The notes under the pieces were generated by a model that was given only the letters and a program-made list of their open reading frames with translations, was not told where the DNA came from and did not search any database. Shown here piece by piece: positions 37,858-51,743 of a stretch of 64,000 nucleotides of DNA. The DNA is from Botryllus schlosseri. Lineage: Eukaryota. Both the position numbers and the translations under genes were made by a program. Within the stretch, counting starts at the first letter, position 1; each line of letters opens with the position of its first letter. The DNA lies in the NCBI GenBank assembly GCA_051294905.1, contig CM119371.1:10852001-10916000 (forward strand). The letters are read 5' to 3'.

Positions 37858-39709
37858 CAGTGGTTCTTAACCTTGCCTCCAGCGCCCCCCAAGGGGCGCT
37901 GGCGATTTTGAAGGGGGCGATATGGGGGGCTCTGGGCTCAGGGGGGCGATATGGGGGGCGCTGGAGAAAAATGGCTTCGCAGTAGATGATGAGGTAGTAG
38001 GACATATCCTTAATGAGTTTTCAGAGCGAATTAACACCGAAAACTTCGTTATATATAGCCTACAAAAGACATATAGGTTTAATTGTCCATGGGCACCTAA
38101 ATGCCTGGCACCGAATGCTCTTGTCTTGGCAATCGGAACCTCAGAAGACGAATTCCATCTGGCTGGGAAAATTATATGCCAGTGAAGAAATACCAATTTG
38201 AAAACGTGTGCGTCTTTTAGTTTCGTACGATTGGGCGACAGGGATATGTAGAACTAGATATCCCTGTTGGGCGATATCCCTGTTGCGCGATTCTATATTT
38301 TTTGATATAGCAGACAGGAGGTCACGAAATAATATCATGCAACGAAGTCATACCAACGGGTCCGCCCGCCCGAATATGTTTAATTATTAGTTACGGGCCC
38401 TACAGTTGCCAAGACACCTCACAATGTTCCCTCTACGTTTTGACGAGTCTGCGCACACTCACCAACTCACTGCGCAGACCCTTGAACAACAGTGCATAAC
38501 GACTAAAAAAAGGTCATACCTTAGGATTTTTTAAGCGCAACGTAGATTTTCTGTGCGCAGAGACCGTGTCAGCACTGCGCACGTGCGCAGCTTAGAGGTA
38601 ACATTGCACCTCACTCAGCTCTACCGGTAAATCTGGTAACGTGAGGTGAGAGGACAAGAAATTGATAGCAATATATATGCTATTCCCGATCTTATTGACC
38701 GAATTTATCATGAATTATCGAAAATTTTCGCGCTTCACACTGGCTCGCTAAACAGTACAGCTGATTTCGGGGCAAAAGCGAACAACGTGATGGGGGGCGG
38801 TCGGTTTATAACCCTATGAGAGCCCAAGACCCAAGTTTTTTCGGGGGGCCTGACGAAGTGTCGTTTCGTTCCTGCCAACGGGAATGCGCCCGAAGATGCA
38901 TAATCATTATTGAGGGGTCCTACCTTTTCAATCACACATCACTCAGCTCTACCGGTAAATCTGTTTAAGTGAGCAGAGAGAGGATAAAAATTGATATCAA
39001 TATATATGGAATTCCCTATCATATTGACCAATTCAATCAATAATTAGTGAAATTTTTCGCGCGTCGCGCGTCTAGGCGAGATTAGCTGGCTCAGTAAATG
39101 GACACCCAATGTAGATGACCAGTATCAGCAAATAGCTGATAGCCAAATGGGGGTCTTGGGGCGAAGCCACCCGGAAGCATGGTTTATCACCCTTTGGGGG
39201 CCCAAGACCAACGTTTTGTTGGGGGGGCTAACGAAGTGCTGTTACGGCCCTGGTAACGAATTAATTGTACCTACGGGCACGCCCGAATATGTTTAATTAT
39301 CAATTACGTGCCCTTTATTATCCAATAAAACAGCTCACTCAGCGCTACTGGTGAATCAGATTACGTGGGCTGAGAGGATAAAAAGTTTATAGCGACAAAT
39401 ATATGTAATTACCACCTATTCATTCATGCAATATAGAAAAATTTGGCACCTAGGGCGACCAGGCGCACAAACTTTGCTGACCATCGAAATCACGCTACGG
39501 GGTTCTTGGGGGCGAAGCCCTCAGACGTTTGGTTTATCACGCTATGGGTGCGCAAGGCGATCGTTTTTAGGGGAGTTGATGAAGTGCTGTTACGGCCCTC
39601 CCTCTTACTCATTGTCTTTATTACATTCCTTACAATATGAGGTTGGGGGGCGCTGGAGCACGATAATCTTTGAAAGGGGGGGCTGGAGGAAAAAAGGTTA
39701 GAACCACTG
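37858..39709. mobile_element. hAT MITE with GGGGGCG subterminal repeats and an internal triplicated module
   Basis: TIR CAGTGGTTCTTAACC / GGTTAGAACCACTG, perfect TSD CTTTAAAC. Contains the short MITE 38422-38606. A further left end of this family starts at 58526. Confidence 0.9.
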
Positions 39710-40416
39710 CTTTAAACGTTGCCAAATGTACCAACTGGGGCAATCAAATGATATAATAACCCCATAAAATCAATATCTTCCGTCGCTTTGCCAACATTTT
39801 CGACGGGGACTTGCAAGGGAAAAGGTTACGCCTTAACGGTGTAGGCCAGACCGGACAATGTAGTAGGCGTCTGAGTAGTGCTACGTTGAAAATGCGCCGA
39901 GTGTAAAACGGGTTTCTATACTTGCTACCGATATTAACCCATTATCAAGTTATACAGTAGTAGACAACACCGCAACGGCACGATTCGGTTTTTATGATAC
40001 AATAAACACATGAAATCAAGATTGACCCGTACACGTACGCCTGCTATTTTTTTTTTATCAGAAAACGATACCATTTCATGAATTGACTGATGGAGAATCA
40101 TTCGCTGACCACCTACATTTGGTGTATTTCGCTCTTGATGTTGTGTGATTGCTGGTTAAGATCACAGCAGAGAGTCACTAGATATTAGGGCAAACTTTTG
40201 TAACATAACAAGTAATTTTTTAGAGATTGTCAAGGTGCATGCTCGTGTGGTGTTAATTTTTTTATGCTGCCAGCGCCATGCATATATGGTGACCCGCAGT
40301 TAAAATGCAATACATTTCAACCAAAGATATTATTATGAAGTGAAAATTGAAATATATGAAAAAGGTTCTCACTTCAGAACCTACCAAGGTTTGTTTGTAA
40401 ACGTGAACCTCTAAAC

Positions 40417-41792
40417 CAGGGGTTCTCAACCTGGGGGGCGCGCCCCCCTTGGGGGGCGCGGAAGGCTCACAGGGGGGGGCGCGAAAAATTGACGAAGTCA
40501 CTATGGGGGGGCGCGAGAAATTGACAAAGTCAGTATAAATTGTACGTGTCCGAACATGTGTTTCACATCCATTATGAGAAGACGATTAATGAAGATGAAA
40601 TTTATTACATATTCAAGAAAGCTTGCAAAATACAAACTCTAGTAACCGCGCTCAACGGAGTATAGTCTGATTTCAACTTGATTTGAGCAAATTTTTAAAA
40701 TTCTTTGGAGATATAGAGAGCAATTCCCACGTGTAAGTCATTCATTGCTTGATAGCTTTGACAGTAGCCTAAAGCTTGGCGCGCTGGGCAGCTCTTGTTA
40801 GTAGCTTGCGAACTGCACTGCCTAAGACAGAATTAGATGCAACATAGGTTGCCCGGTTTCGCCCTCAATTAGGCTATAAATCAACACAATTTAATTAATT
40901 TCCAAAACTGATCAAATTTAGCCTGGCAGGACAGAACGACGCCTTGCGCTTTGTACTCACGACCAGCATCAGGATTAGTCTCAGGGTGACCTACCTTGAA
41001 ATTAATTAATGGATGTCTTGTTCAATGTTTTTTGTTATTTTCAAACAAGTTTGGAGAAATTTGTCATGTAAAAGGCTCAACAACTGGAATGCCGATACAA
41101 AATTGGCGTAAGATATACCTTATGTATACTATTAGATCAGGGGTGGGCAGCCTGCGGCCGTAGAAGGGAATTTGAGCGGCGTTCGACGCCTAATTCAATT
41201 AGTAGGCTATATGTTGGCGGCCGTAGACATGCAAATTGCAATTGCGAATTCACTCCCGCATTTTCGAGAGATTTTAATTAATCTTGAAATTTTCTTCGCC
41301 CTCCGCGCAATTCAACAAGACTTCATTTTTTGATTTTAATGCAGTAGCGCCCGTCTCAATCTGAGCCGGAATGAGAATTGGCAAGAAATAACAATTCGTT
41401 CGCAGCCCTTAAAAATTTTCGCGCTCCGCGCGACAATATGCACCTCCCGGCAACTATTCATAACATTGCCACTCGCGATTTCGTTGCGTACAATAGGCCA
41501 TTGTGAAAAGTAGAATAGTCCGGAGTTCACCGGGAATGGATATGGACAGTTTACCATAGGAATTTTGTGTCCAGATCGTTCATTGCGGCTATGCCCTGGA
41601 ATGCGGCCTTACGCTACGCCGCACATAAGTAATCGAAATGCGGCCATGATTATCAAAAACGTTGCCCACCTCTGTATTAGATGATGTGCTCTTTTTGACA
41701 TGACGATAAATGCAAGGGGGGTCAGGGGGGGGGCGCGATTTTTTTGACCATCTCTAAGGGGGGCGCGAGTCAAAAAAGGTTGAGAACCACTG
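40417..41792. mobile_element. hAT MITE containing 41138-41674
   Basis: TIR CAGGGGTTCTCAACC / GGTTGAGAACCACTG, perfect TSD CTCTAAAC. Confidence 0.9.
41138..41674. mobile_element. hAT MITE (family of 3352-4143)
   Basis: TIR CAGGGGTGGGCA / TGCCCACCTCTG, perfect TSD TATTAGAT. Confidence 0.9.
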
Positions 41793-42406
41793 CTCTAAAC
41801 ACTCGAGGTTCACATACAGAAATCGAACTTTGACCTCACGCTCACAGGATCGCTAATATTTATATACGGTGCTTGATGCTCGATTCAGGTTCTTAATATA
41901 TATCAAATAATATGGTGTCAATGAACTTCGACAAACAATATCTATTCGCATAAATGAACAGCAACGACCTAACACGATTAGAACGGGATCTATCGTGGTT
42001 TCTATTACAGTTCGCTTCCCTCTTACCGGCGTGGGCAGAAGTATACCCACGCCGGCGGCAGACGGTTTATGGGTGGTTTTGTTTGGAATGCAGTCATGGT
42101 AAAGTCAATAATTGGATGAAATACTAAATTCAATGTTGGCAAAGATCTCTCTACCAATATCTCAGTTGATTTACTAGTCATAGAAAGCAATAAACATAAC
42201 AAAACCCAATACAACTAACGTCCTTGTATTGCCAGTGGCAGAAGTGAATTCAGGATGTGTACACCGTGCTCGAACCTGATGATATGAGCCCGTACCCGAT
42301 GGTTGATATAACAACTTGGATTTGATCCTGAATAGCACGTAGCCTACATTTATTATAGTGGCAATTGGTCGAGTGGTCCTCGGGCGCGATTCAAGCTATC
42401 TCTTAT

Positions 42407-42637
42407 TAGAGATGGTCAGTAGCGAAGTACTTCTACTTTTTGAAGTACTTCAAGTAGATTTTGCATACTCAGACTACTTTTTAAGTAATTATGATTTTAG
42501 AGTACTTCTAATTCTACTTGACAGTTTTCAGTTTTGTAGGCAAAAATAAGCGTAGAATACCTACTTACTTACTTACTTGTGAATCACCACTTCTACTTCT
42601 ACTTGAGTAGCGACGGTGACTACTTTGACCACCTCTG
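42407..42637. mobile_element. Short form of the (TACTT)n-rich MITE seen at 62512-63793
   Basis: Ends TAGAGATGGTCA / TGACCACCTCTG, TACTT repeats, flanks TCTCTTAT/CCTCTAAT. Confidence 0.75.
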
Positions 42638-42953
42638 CCTCTAATAGTGATGTTCAACCAGAAAATACCGACCGAACTTCGAACTCTTACCCTTTGTTTT
42701 ACTAACGTCCTTTAAATCTGAGTGGGCGTCAGACCCGGGCGATTTTCGAAAAGGGAAAGGAAAAAAGATTAAGAACCTCTGAAATAGACATATATTGCTA
42801 AGTCGAATGAAAACAGTCCATGCGTATTGTTTGTCAACTGATATGAGGATAATACTTTTAGGAGTCATGCAAATCTGTATCTTAGACTTATAAAAACGGA
42901 TTGAAAGTCATAATTATACGACTGCGATATTTTCAGTTTACTGGGTCACTAAC

Positions 42954-43055
42954 CATTGTATTGAGATACAGGTCGTCCGTCCTTGCTTGTTGTTGTGTCA
43001 CGGACGGCTAAATATGTTGCGGTATCATATTCGATCGTCTTAAATGGCTCTGTCG
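42954..43055 (-). CDS. Gene C exon 4: Thr-rich stalk (TTEPFKTIEYDTATYLAVRDTTTSKDGRPVSQYN)
   Basis: Acceptor TTTACTTTGCCAG, donor GTTAGT, 102 nt, phase 1-1. Homologous to 22626-22772. Confidence 0.85.
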
Positions 43056-43576
43056 CTGGCAAAGTAAATAAGCACAATACACATATGTCCAATGGCACTA
43101 GGGCAGAATGATGGGCTACTTGCCACCATTCAACAGAATCGTTTACTGATGTCGAAGTCGCCACCACAACGATAACGGTTGGAAATGCAGTCATAAATTT
43201 ATACGAATATTGAGAAGGTAACGTTTACTTCCGTAAAATGAACGAGTCATTCAAGTATAAATCAACAGCTGATAAAGTTTAGTACAGTGGCTTGGGCAAT
43301 GTATTTCCATCTGAAACTCGGATTTATGCAGTCTGTCTGCGTCACAAAGAGCTGTACCAGGTTTCGACTCAACTTGATACAGGGAACTTCGATATAGGCT
43401 TTACCGGCTTCATCGAATCATTGTCACCTAGCAATGGATTAAATCAAATATTTATCCTAGCAACGTCTTATATATCGGTCAATGCAATATATGTAGAACT
43501 TTGCGATTTTCAGGATTTACTGAAAGGAGAAATTGAATATAATTAGTCGAGTAATCTAATGCCTCTTACTGTATAT

Positions 43577-45489
43577 CAGTGTTGGGATGACTCGAGTCAA
43601 CTTTTTCTTATGACTTGACTTGACTCGAGTCACTTTGCAAAAATGACTTGACTTGACTCGGCCTTTCAGAATTGTGGATTGACTCGTGACTCGGAGCTAA
43701 ATTTACGAGTCAATTTCAAGTTATTAGTAAAAGATGTCGATTAAATCACCCTCCTATGTACGTTCGGTCTGTTCGCGATACGCCGGTGTCACTTGTGAGT
43801 GCAGCCAGTTGTTGTTGTTTGTGGTATTCATGGTGTTTCTCGACTCATTTACACCAGGCCGATATTTTCAATTTTATTCCGTAACTGCCGACTTATAGCA
43901 CGGCCCACTTCTAGGCATTTTATTAGTCACCGCGCGCACGGATGAGGGGGCGAGGAGTAGCCTACATAAACCTACAACACTTAAGTATGGGAATTCGGAA
44001 GTCGACCTCGGTCGTAGAGCAACCAGTCGTTCACTGATTGAGTGATTCTACGATTCACTGATTCTCGATTGTTACAGCACAAATAAATTGACCGAAACGA
44101 AACGATCACAGCTTACGTTGACGTGGCAGCCGTAGATTAATCTAATTAATAGCAACGTTTTTTGTTTTCGTTTTTTATACGGCTCAGTGCTTACATTGCG
44201 CAGTACTTACTATCAACACTTTCGTGTGATTTAAATCGGACGAATATAGTTTATGCGTTTATATTCTCACGGATGTGTTGATGGGATGTTAGTGTATTGT
44301 AGCCTATACCGCATAAATTTGTTCAACTTCTCGAGGATTCGTATTCCATCCTCTATATTGGCTGATCCTGATAATGCCAGACCGTAGCATGTAGCTATAC
44401 AGTCACTCGCCTATTTTATTAGCAGTTCTACGTGTGCGTGAGCGATACAACACCGTTTTGCATGTATATTCCACTTTATATTCGTCATTTGATTCAAGAT
44501 AAACGCCAATTCGTCTGTCCTTCACCTAGTTAGCAAATTGTAACAACTTTCCATCATCCCTCATACTTCATACCAGCTCTACCGAAGAACGCGACACCGA
44601 TTCAACTGGTAGAAATCGATCTCAAGTATGTAACGAGTTTTATGTACCTCGGTATTGACGTCGCTGACTCTGGAAAAGCGCTCATGGCGAGGCGAGCAAA
44701 GGCCTGTGGCTCGGCAAGACGGCTACATATAGCCTCTTCCATTCAAGTGCCTCAACCCAGCTCAAGACCCGTATCTTCCGTGCCACTGTCGAGCAGGTTC
44801 TTCTCTACGGAATAGAGGCACTCACGCTGACAGAGAAGCTGACTAAGACGCTCAACGCCAACTACGACGCACTCCTCCGCTAAGCACTCGGCATTCACCA
44901 TCCGGAGCATATATCCACGAATGCATTGCGAGAACTCACAGGAACGGCCCCATGCCGTCTACAGGCAGCTGAACGACGCTTCCGCCTAATCGGCCATCTA
45001 GTGCGGCATCAAGACGAGCAACCAGCCGCCGCCATCATCAATCACATTCCCACGGAGCCATGGCGCAGAGGTGGCTGGAATCGAAAAACATGGCGCTCGA
45101 CAATGGAGACTGACCTAGCGCAACGCGGGCTGTCGCTTGAAGACGCCCACGACCGCCTACGTTGGAGACGCTTAATACGAGCCTAAAACTGGTTATCACA
45201 ATGTTTTTTTTGTTTCCTGTTTTCTTTTGCCCCTTTCATTTTATTTTATCTAATTGAAAAGCCGATATATATATCATACTTCGAAAAATCGATTAGACTT
45301 GAATCGTTACTTGACTCGTGACTTGACTTGACTTGACTCGACTTGACTCGAGTCACCTCCGAAAAACGAGCAACTTGACTTGACTCGAGTAACCTTTGAA
45401 AATCGATTGACTTGACTTGACTCGAGTCAAAATGTGCAATGACTCGAGATGACTCGTGACTCGAAGGCAGTGACTTGATCTCAACACTG
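43577..45489. mobile_element. hAT-type element with GACTT/GACTCGAGT subterminal arrays, hosting an RTE fragment
   Basis: TIR CAGTGTTGGGAT / ATCTCAACACTG, TSD CTGTATAT/CTGTATGT. Confidence 0.85.
44570..45273 (+). mobile_element. 5'-truncated RTE-clade LINE (RT C-terminus, 3' UTR, (AT)n tail)
   Basis: Translation FMYLG...KTRIFRATVEQVLLYGIEALTLT...RRFRLIGHLVRH...RRGG..RKTW...DRLRWRRLI, with a frameshift and a stop. 9-bp TSD TCATACTTC at 44561-44569 and 45274-45282. Confidence 0.85.
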
Positions 45490-45907
45490 CTGTATGTATA
45501 ACGTTTAGCTTTCTATTGTTAGTCCTACTCGGAGGTGGTCAGTACTACAGTGACTAGTACTAGTACTTTGTGCTACTTACTTGGTTATGTTTATCAATAC
45601 TTACACTTACACTTGAATTGTTTTCTAGATTCTCACTTTGTATTTCCGAATGTGGAAATAATTTTGTGAGAAGCTTGCATCACTGTACGAGTGAAATTGT
45701 GGCAAAAATAAAACGTATTAATTAATCCTGAGGGGCTAGTTTGACTTGAGCTCGAAGGTGAATGATTTTTCGGGCTTGAATCGGGCCAATATGCAAATCG
45801 GCAATTAATATCACACCTGTAATATCTGCAATATGTAAGAATTGATTAATTCATGATCAATCGTTAATGTAATTTTTACTTGTCTGATTTGCTCAGATAT
45901 CCTAGGT

Positions 45908-47133
45908 CAGGGGTTCTCAGCTCTTTCTTGGCCGTGGCCCATTTTCCGGTTTAAAAATATGCTGTGGCCCACCTGATATCTTAGAGTCATAATCTTGTTT
46001 AATGCGTGGTCATTGGTCATGGAGAGCGCCGATATGCCTATTTCTCAAATATATGCGCATTTTCTTCTAACTGATTATATTTAAATGTCGATCTTCATGG
46101 ATATGAAATCGCACGAAGCGCGAAAATTTTTTTCAAGTTGAATAAATATCATCCAACAAACGACCCTGGGCCCTTCGAGCGCCCCCAATTGGGGATGTGG
46201 GTGCGGCAGTTACGGCCCTGGTAGATCATAAGCTAAAACTCCTAAGTAGATTATTTTCGTCCGCTGCTCCATTCGCGTCGCGAAACACAATGATGAGATC
46301 CCCCGCACTGTGTGATTGGGACTTTGGTGATACTATTGCGGGGAATACTATAATCATTCTGGGCCAGCATCGAACATTCATTGGTGAATTGGGTACAACA
46401 GAGAAGTGGAGAAAGATTTTTCAATATGCATGATGTAGGCTACGTTGTATGTCTCGTACCAAAACAACTGAAGTTGCGATGTCAGAATATTCAATCCAAT
46501 GACACAATCAATTCCTGTACTCGTTCATATGTACAATGATTTCCAGGCCGGACATTTTAAACCGATTTCAAAGATTAATGCGCTCCGATAAATCCTCAAT
46601 CCATTAAGGTTCGTTGCGGTAGTGCAGTATACCTCCGCCAGAAGTTGCTAATAATTTGCAATTATGGCTATTTTTAGCTTGCAATAATGCGGCCGCCGAA
46701 GTACAGTAAATCTGTACATCAATTGCACTTCATTGCGAGGTCATTGCATACCCCTTTCAGCGGCATACGACATATGACCCTGCCGGAATAATTGAATGCT
46801 TCAGCATTATCTTCTATTTATTATACGCTTGAAATTATTTTAGTTGCTCTACGCCGTAGGTTGTCATAGCCAGTAGAAAAAGCCACCGTTTCTCCCTAAC
46901 GTGTTCGATTTGAACATGCTGACTTCATACGTGCCACTACGTCTAATCAGAGTCGGATGAAAAGCTTTATGTAGCCAACGTAAAATCAGATAATACGAAT
47001 CTATTTTAGCGAATAACATAAGAAATATACTGAACTGACATTAATTCTGAAATTTTCTAAATAGCTCCGTGGCCCAACTCAAAATGATCTGTGGCCCACC
47101 AGTGGGCCATGACCCACCCTTTGAGAACCCTTG
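45908..47133. mobile_element. hAT MITE ~1.23 kb, copy 2
   Basis: Colinear with 12503-13734, TSD TCCTAGGT/TCCTAGCT. Confidence 0.9.
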
Positions 47134-47664
47134 TCCTAGCTTGTCAGCCAACTTAGGTGAAAACTACCCTTTCATGGACCTTTAAGCTACTTTAATTGCG
47201 GGTAACGGTTACTATTCTACATTTACATTAAATTGCACATTGCACGTAACAATTGGATTGAGCAACGGACCAAAATGAACTAGGTTATCTCTGTTAAAGG
47301 CATTGAGATAATTCACCATTTCGACAGACTTTGAGTAATTCTCTGCACTGCATTTTAATTACGTGTTTATTTGTTTAAATTTTAATCAATGGCGCATATA
47401 AACAATGAGGGCGAAACATAGGGTTTTAATTTATTATCCGTTTCCATTGACGATCATTATTTATGTGTATGCCTCGTATCTATGACTATCGTTTACGATG
47501 AAAACCGCGATAAAATGTTTCTCCGTTATCATCGTTTTGACCCAAAAATGACACATCTTGGATACCAGCCTTTATTCCAGCTCTGAAATCATCACATATT
47601 ACGCTTTCTTTGTCAGCAAAACATAGCGATAATAGGTTATTCTATTCTCTGCATACCCACTTAC

Positions 47665-47775
47665 TTTCGATGTAACCGTGGTGTCCTATAGATGTAATCT
47701 TCGACGCCTTTGATGGTAAGATTGATGCTGTTATCGGTGTTTTATGGCTTGACGACGGAAATATGGCTGTTGAAG
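47665..47775 (-). CDS. Gene C exon 3: Ser/Thr/Pro-rich stalk (ASTAIFPSSSHKTPITASILPSKASKITSIGHHGYIE)
   Basis: Acceptor GTGTTTCAG, donor GTAAGT, 111 nt, phase 1-1. Confidence 0.85.
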
Positions 47776-48086
47776 CTGAAACACATATCCATTTATCACT
47801 AACTAATGAATACTGTTCATCAGCTGTTCATAAAGTATGCGAATGATGTAAATTTCGGTTGCGGTCGCAAGGAGAGCCATCGATTAATATACGTAACGTG
47901 TGACGAATGTTGATTAAAAACATATCAAATTTTTTTTTGCTGACTTCATCCGTTTCTCAGTCCACTGTGTTGGTTGCTATACGCGGACAATTTATTACGA
48001 CGGTGTGACCGGATATAATAAGCATCCAACTTTTTTTACACTGTGGTCCCCTCGGCATATTTAAAAAAATCAATGTCCCCCTACTA

Positions 48087-50214
48087 CCCAGCAAACACCC
48101 GATATCCCGTGGAGTTACTGGTATGTCCACAATTGTTCCCACTCGTCCCACCTCCCACCCTCAGTTACGGAGGACTTGCTCAGTATGCCCAACATTGGAC
48201 GTCAATGTATGTAACTCCAGGTGACTACCAGAGGGAGTGAATTTTAGAATGTTCCAGTGCCAGTCACCAATGACCATTCCAGTGGATGTCATAATGGTGT
48301 AATGCCTGGATGCCACCTACACAGGAGTTCGTCAGAATGTCCCTACTTGGAAATCGTTTCTATGAATTCAAGTGTGCATTGTGCAATCAATGCAAAATAG
48401 TTTTCTGAATACAATCATGATTGTCATGATACATTTCACCATTTGTAATCTATCGGAGTGAATACGAGAATGTTGATTGATGATATGGCGATGACTTTCT
48501 ATCGCGCGGAACTTCAGAAGCCCGGCTATCGATGATCGCGGTCGCACATTGTTAGAGATATAATGTACGTTATAGGGATATACAGCTATTTTATTGTGAC
48601 ATTACTGGATCGAAATGTCCACATCAAGGCAAAATATATTATTTCAAATATACCGTATACCCAATGCATGTGAAATCTTCCGACATGAAAACTTGACAAC
48701 CGTAATAATGGTATGGTGATGACTATTCCAATCACGGAACTACTCAGTCTGCCCGGCTATTATCGATAATTAAGGCCGCACTGCGCAAGAGGCCAGCGAT
48801 AATGCATATGAGGTATTCCGATACCTGTCGAGTCTCGAGTGTCGAGCCGAGCACGCCTGTTGCTTGAAATTCATTCAACCATAAAACCAAAAGACTCCGT
48901 TCTTCTGTCTGGCGAGCTTTCGCGCGTGATTCAATTTGAATTTGACAGAACAGGTTTTGTAGTAATGGTGGAGTGACGGATTTATCACAGGAATGGTTTA
49001 GTTTAGAATAGGATACTAAACGGCGTGGATGGATTGTGCCTGCTATTGATTATTATTGATATTGTCGCTGTCATGAGTACTGGAAAGGCAGAGAGCACGG
49101 AAGCTTGGTATTTGCGTGCTATATTTATTGAACAGCAATAGCCTCGGTCATCATTAACTGCGATAACCGTAATGAATTTCACTATGATTCTAGTGGCACG
49201 TCTGCGCCGCGGTTTATCATGTACGAACGAAACTAATCGACCCGCTGCTAATCGTAAACTTATGCAGTATACTTGTAATCAATACTATAGTATAACGATG
49301 AGCATGATCATGATAATATTTAATTATATGCAATCATTGAAGTTCGATTTGCAGCACAGTGGGTTTCATGTTGTTGTTAATCCAACTTACTGTTTGATGT
49401 GTAGTGTGTACGGTATATACTATGAAAAGTTTGACACGAATTTCCAAAGACTGCAAGATCCATGCAGCAAACCAGATGCAGCATCGATGAATGTAATATA
49501 GCCTATAGCCAGTGGTTAGGTTTATATAGCTACATAATTTGAAAGTGTATTATAGGATGTTACTTTACGGAATGCGAGATTGCTGAATTTTTGGCTGAAA
49601 ACTATTATTGCACCTATGCTAATTAATATTAGTATCCCATTGACTGGCATGCATATTAATAATATATATTACGATAATATGATATTATCGTATTTGTTGT
49701 AATTTTGTGTTGTGTCCACAACAACATAATAACCATTGATACTAGTCGAGGCTTTCGGTGAACATGTCAAAATGTATGACTTTATTATTAGTTTAATATT
49801 AGGGTATTCGAGGAACAATCATTAAAGTTAACCCAACTTTAACATGAGCCTAATTTAATGATACCCCAACGCTAAACCAATTATAAACTACATGGATTTT
49901 AACATGTTCATGGGGAAGACGGGTTGTCGCAATGTCGCCGTGCAACATACTTAGAATGCTTACTTAGAACTTGCAATATAACGATAACTTATAATTTATA
50001 TACATATAGCTTATCTATACGATATCTTGAAATCCCTGGTAATAAATAGTTCACTTCATGTCCACAGCACGTCATTGCGGGTGTACTCAGAGGGCAGACA
50101 GGACGTCCCTATAGTTGTCGACAAACTCACTCGAGGGAGGTGACAGCCGTAAGTTACCGGACGTCCTGCCGGCAATTCCACCGGAAGTCAACTGGACATC
50201 GAGTGTTTGCTGGG
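48087..50214. mobile_element. TIR element, possibly CMC/EnSpm-type, non-autonomous
   Basis: TIR CCCAGCAAACAC / GTGTTTGCTGGG with 2-bp TA flanks. Superfamily inferred from the termini only. Confidence 0.55.
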
Positions 50215-51158
50215 TACTTTCAAAACTCCGAAAATATTGAAAAAACATCAATTTAATTAAAAAACTGGTGTATACGCAGTTATCGGCGAGTGGATGTGGA
50301 GATGATAGATGTTTGAAAATATTGATTTTATAAAGTGTTTTATGGTCCACAGATAGGGAAGCCCAGTCTAATCTCAAGCCACAGCAATCTGTCCCATTTT
50401 AAGGCGCATATTGTTTTCTAAGTTGTGGTCTTGTAAGATTGGTGAGCGCCAATTTGACTAAAGGGGTGGGAGCTCTTTACAATTTAGTAGTTTGTGACTT
50501 AAAAAGGTTGGAAACTATTGATGCAGTAGAGGCCTATGCATAGCGCATAATGCAATAAATAGATTCACTAGAATTACATTGCAGCAATGACTATATTGTG
50601 ATATAATTCATGTTTCATGGAATTATTGGGTAGCACACTGCTTCGCTGTTTTGTTCATGTTCATATAAACGTAATGTGATATCACGAAAACTATTGTATG
50701 CGATGTGTAAGGCTTGAGTAGCAAGACAGTGATGAAACTTAGATTTGGAAGCACTAAAAGGCTTAGGAACCACTGCTATACATAATACCCCCAATGTCGG
50801 ACTCACGTGTCGGTATAGGGACGTTGTTGAACATGATTAAAATAAAACGCACAGCAATCCCTGCATTTTGGCAAAATACTGCGGTCACGGTACGTATTAG
50901 AAATTACGAGATGCTGGGTGGATCGCGCCGTATTCGAAATAAAATCCGTTACTCTACATAACATATGATCCTTCTATCCTTGTTGATTTTACGGTCTGAT
51001 ACAAATTCGTGATTCATATATATAGATATCATCGGATATCGATATCTACAAGTACTCGGCTAACATGATGTGTTTCAAAGCACGTTTTAGGCAACGTGAA
51101 AATATGTTATTTACATACTAATAATAGGTATATTATAGCATCTATCATTATAACCCAC

Positions 51159-51331
51159 CTCGGGAAAGACAGTTGAATTCAACTTTGAGATATCTTTTCG
51201 AATCATTGCAATAACTACCAAATTCGATATCCGTCGCATTTAGAAGGCATGAAGAACGATCTTGACAGGCCTTTTTCACTGTCTCAAGGCTATTCGGCGT
51301 TTCACATGTACTCGTGAAAGAAAAACCGCAC
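51159..51331 (-). CDS. Gene C exon 2: C-terminal half of SUEL/Gal_Lectin domain (CGFSFTSTCETPNSLETVKKACQDRSSCLLNATDIEFGSYCNDSKRYLKVEFNCLSR)
   Basis: Acceptor TCTTCTGAAG, donor G|GTGGGT, 173 nt, phase 2-1, six conserved Cys. Confidence 0.9.
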
Positions 51332-51743
51332 CTTCAGAAGATCATACATCATTCACGTATTCCCGCTTTTTGTAATTAGCATGTTCGACAAAGAAAGAGT
51401 CAGACAAAATTATTCGTCGTTGAATTTTTAAGACAGATGTGTTGCCGTAAATATTCAATTACAGTAGATCCGATTATGTGCAACCTATTCCGAGTTTAGA
51501 TCAGACACAGAGATGTAAATTCATCAGAGACAACTGTTCTCCGGGAGCAGGTCACATATAGTTTACGTCCTTATTGTATGAGAGCATGAGTTTGAAACTA
51601 TACAGCGGTATAATCTCACGAAACGAGTCGCAAATATTGAAGATGTTTGGGAAAATCCCAGTTTATATTGAGTAAGTTATCAAACGATGATAACACAAAT
51701 ATTGTAGAATTTCGAGTTGACGAGTCAAGAGCATCAATTCAGC

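Larger units (their letters stand above)
37652..41855. mobile_element. hAT (Ac-like TAGGGAT) host element with two levels of nested insertions
   Basis: Ends TAGGGAT / ATCGCTA, perfect TSD ATATTTAT. Host sequence homologous to 27120-27709 (reverse) and 28419-28801. Confidence 0.85.

Noticed and set aside
42691..42717. 27-nt phase 1-1 micro-exon (DLKDVSKTK) in gene C
   Set aside because: Good donor GTAAGA but a poor pyrimidine tract next to the AG and no counterpart in B; unproven.
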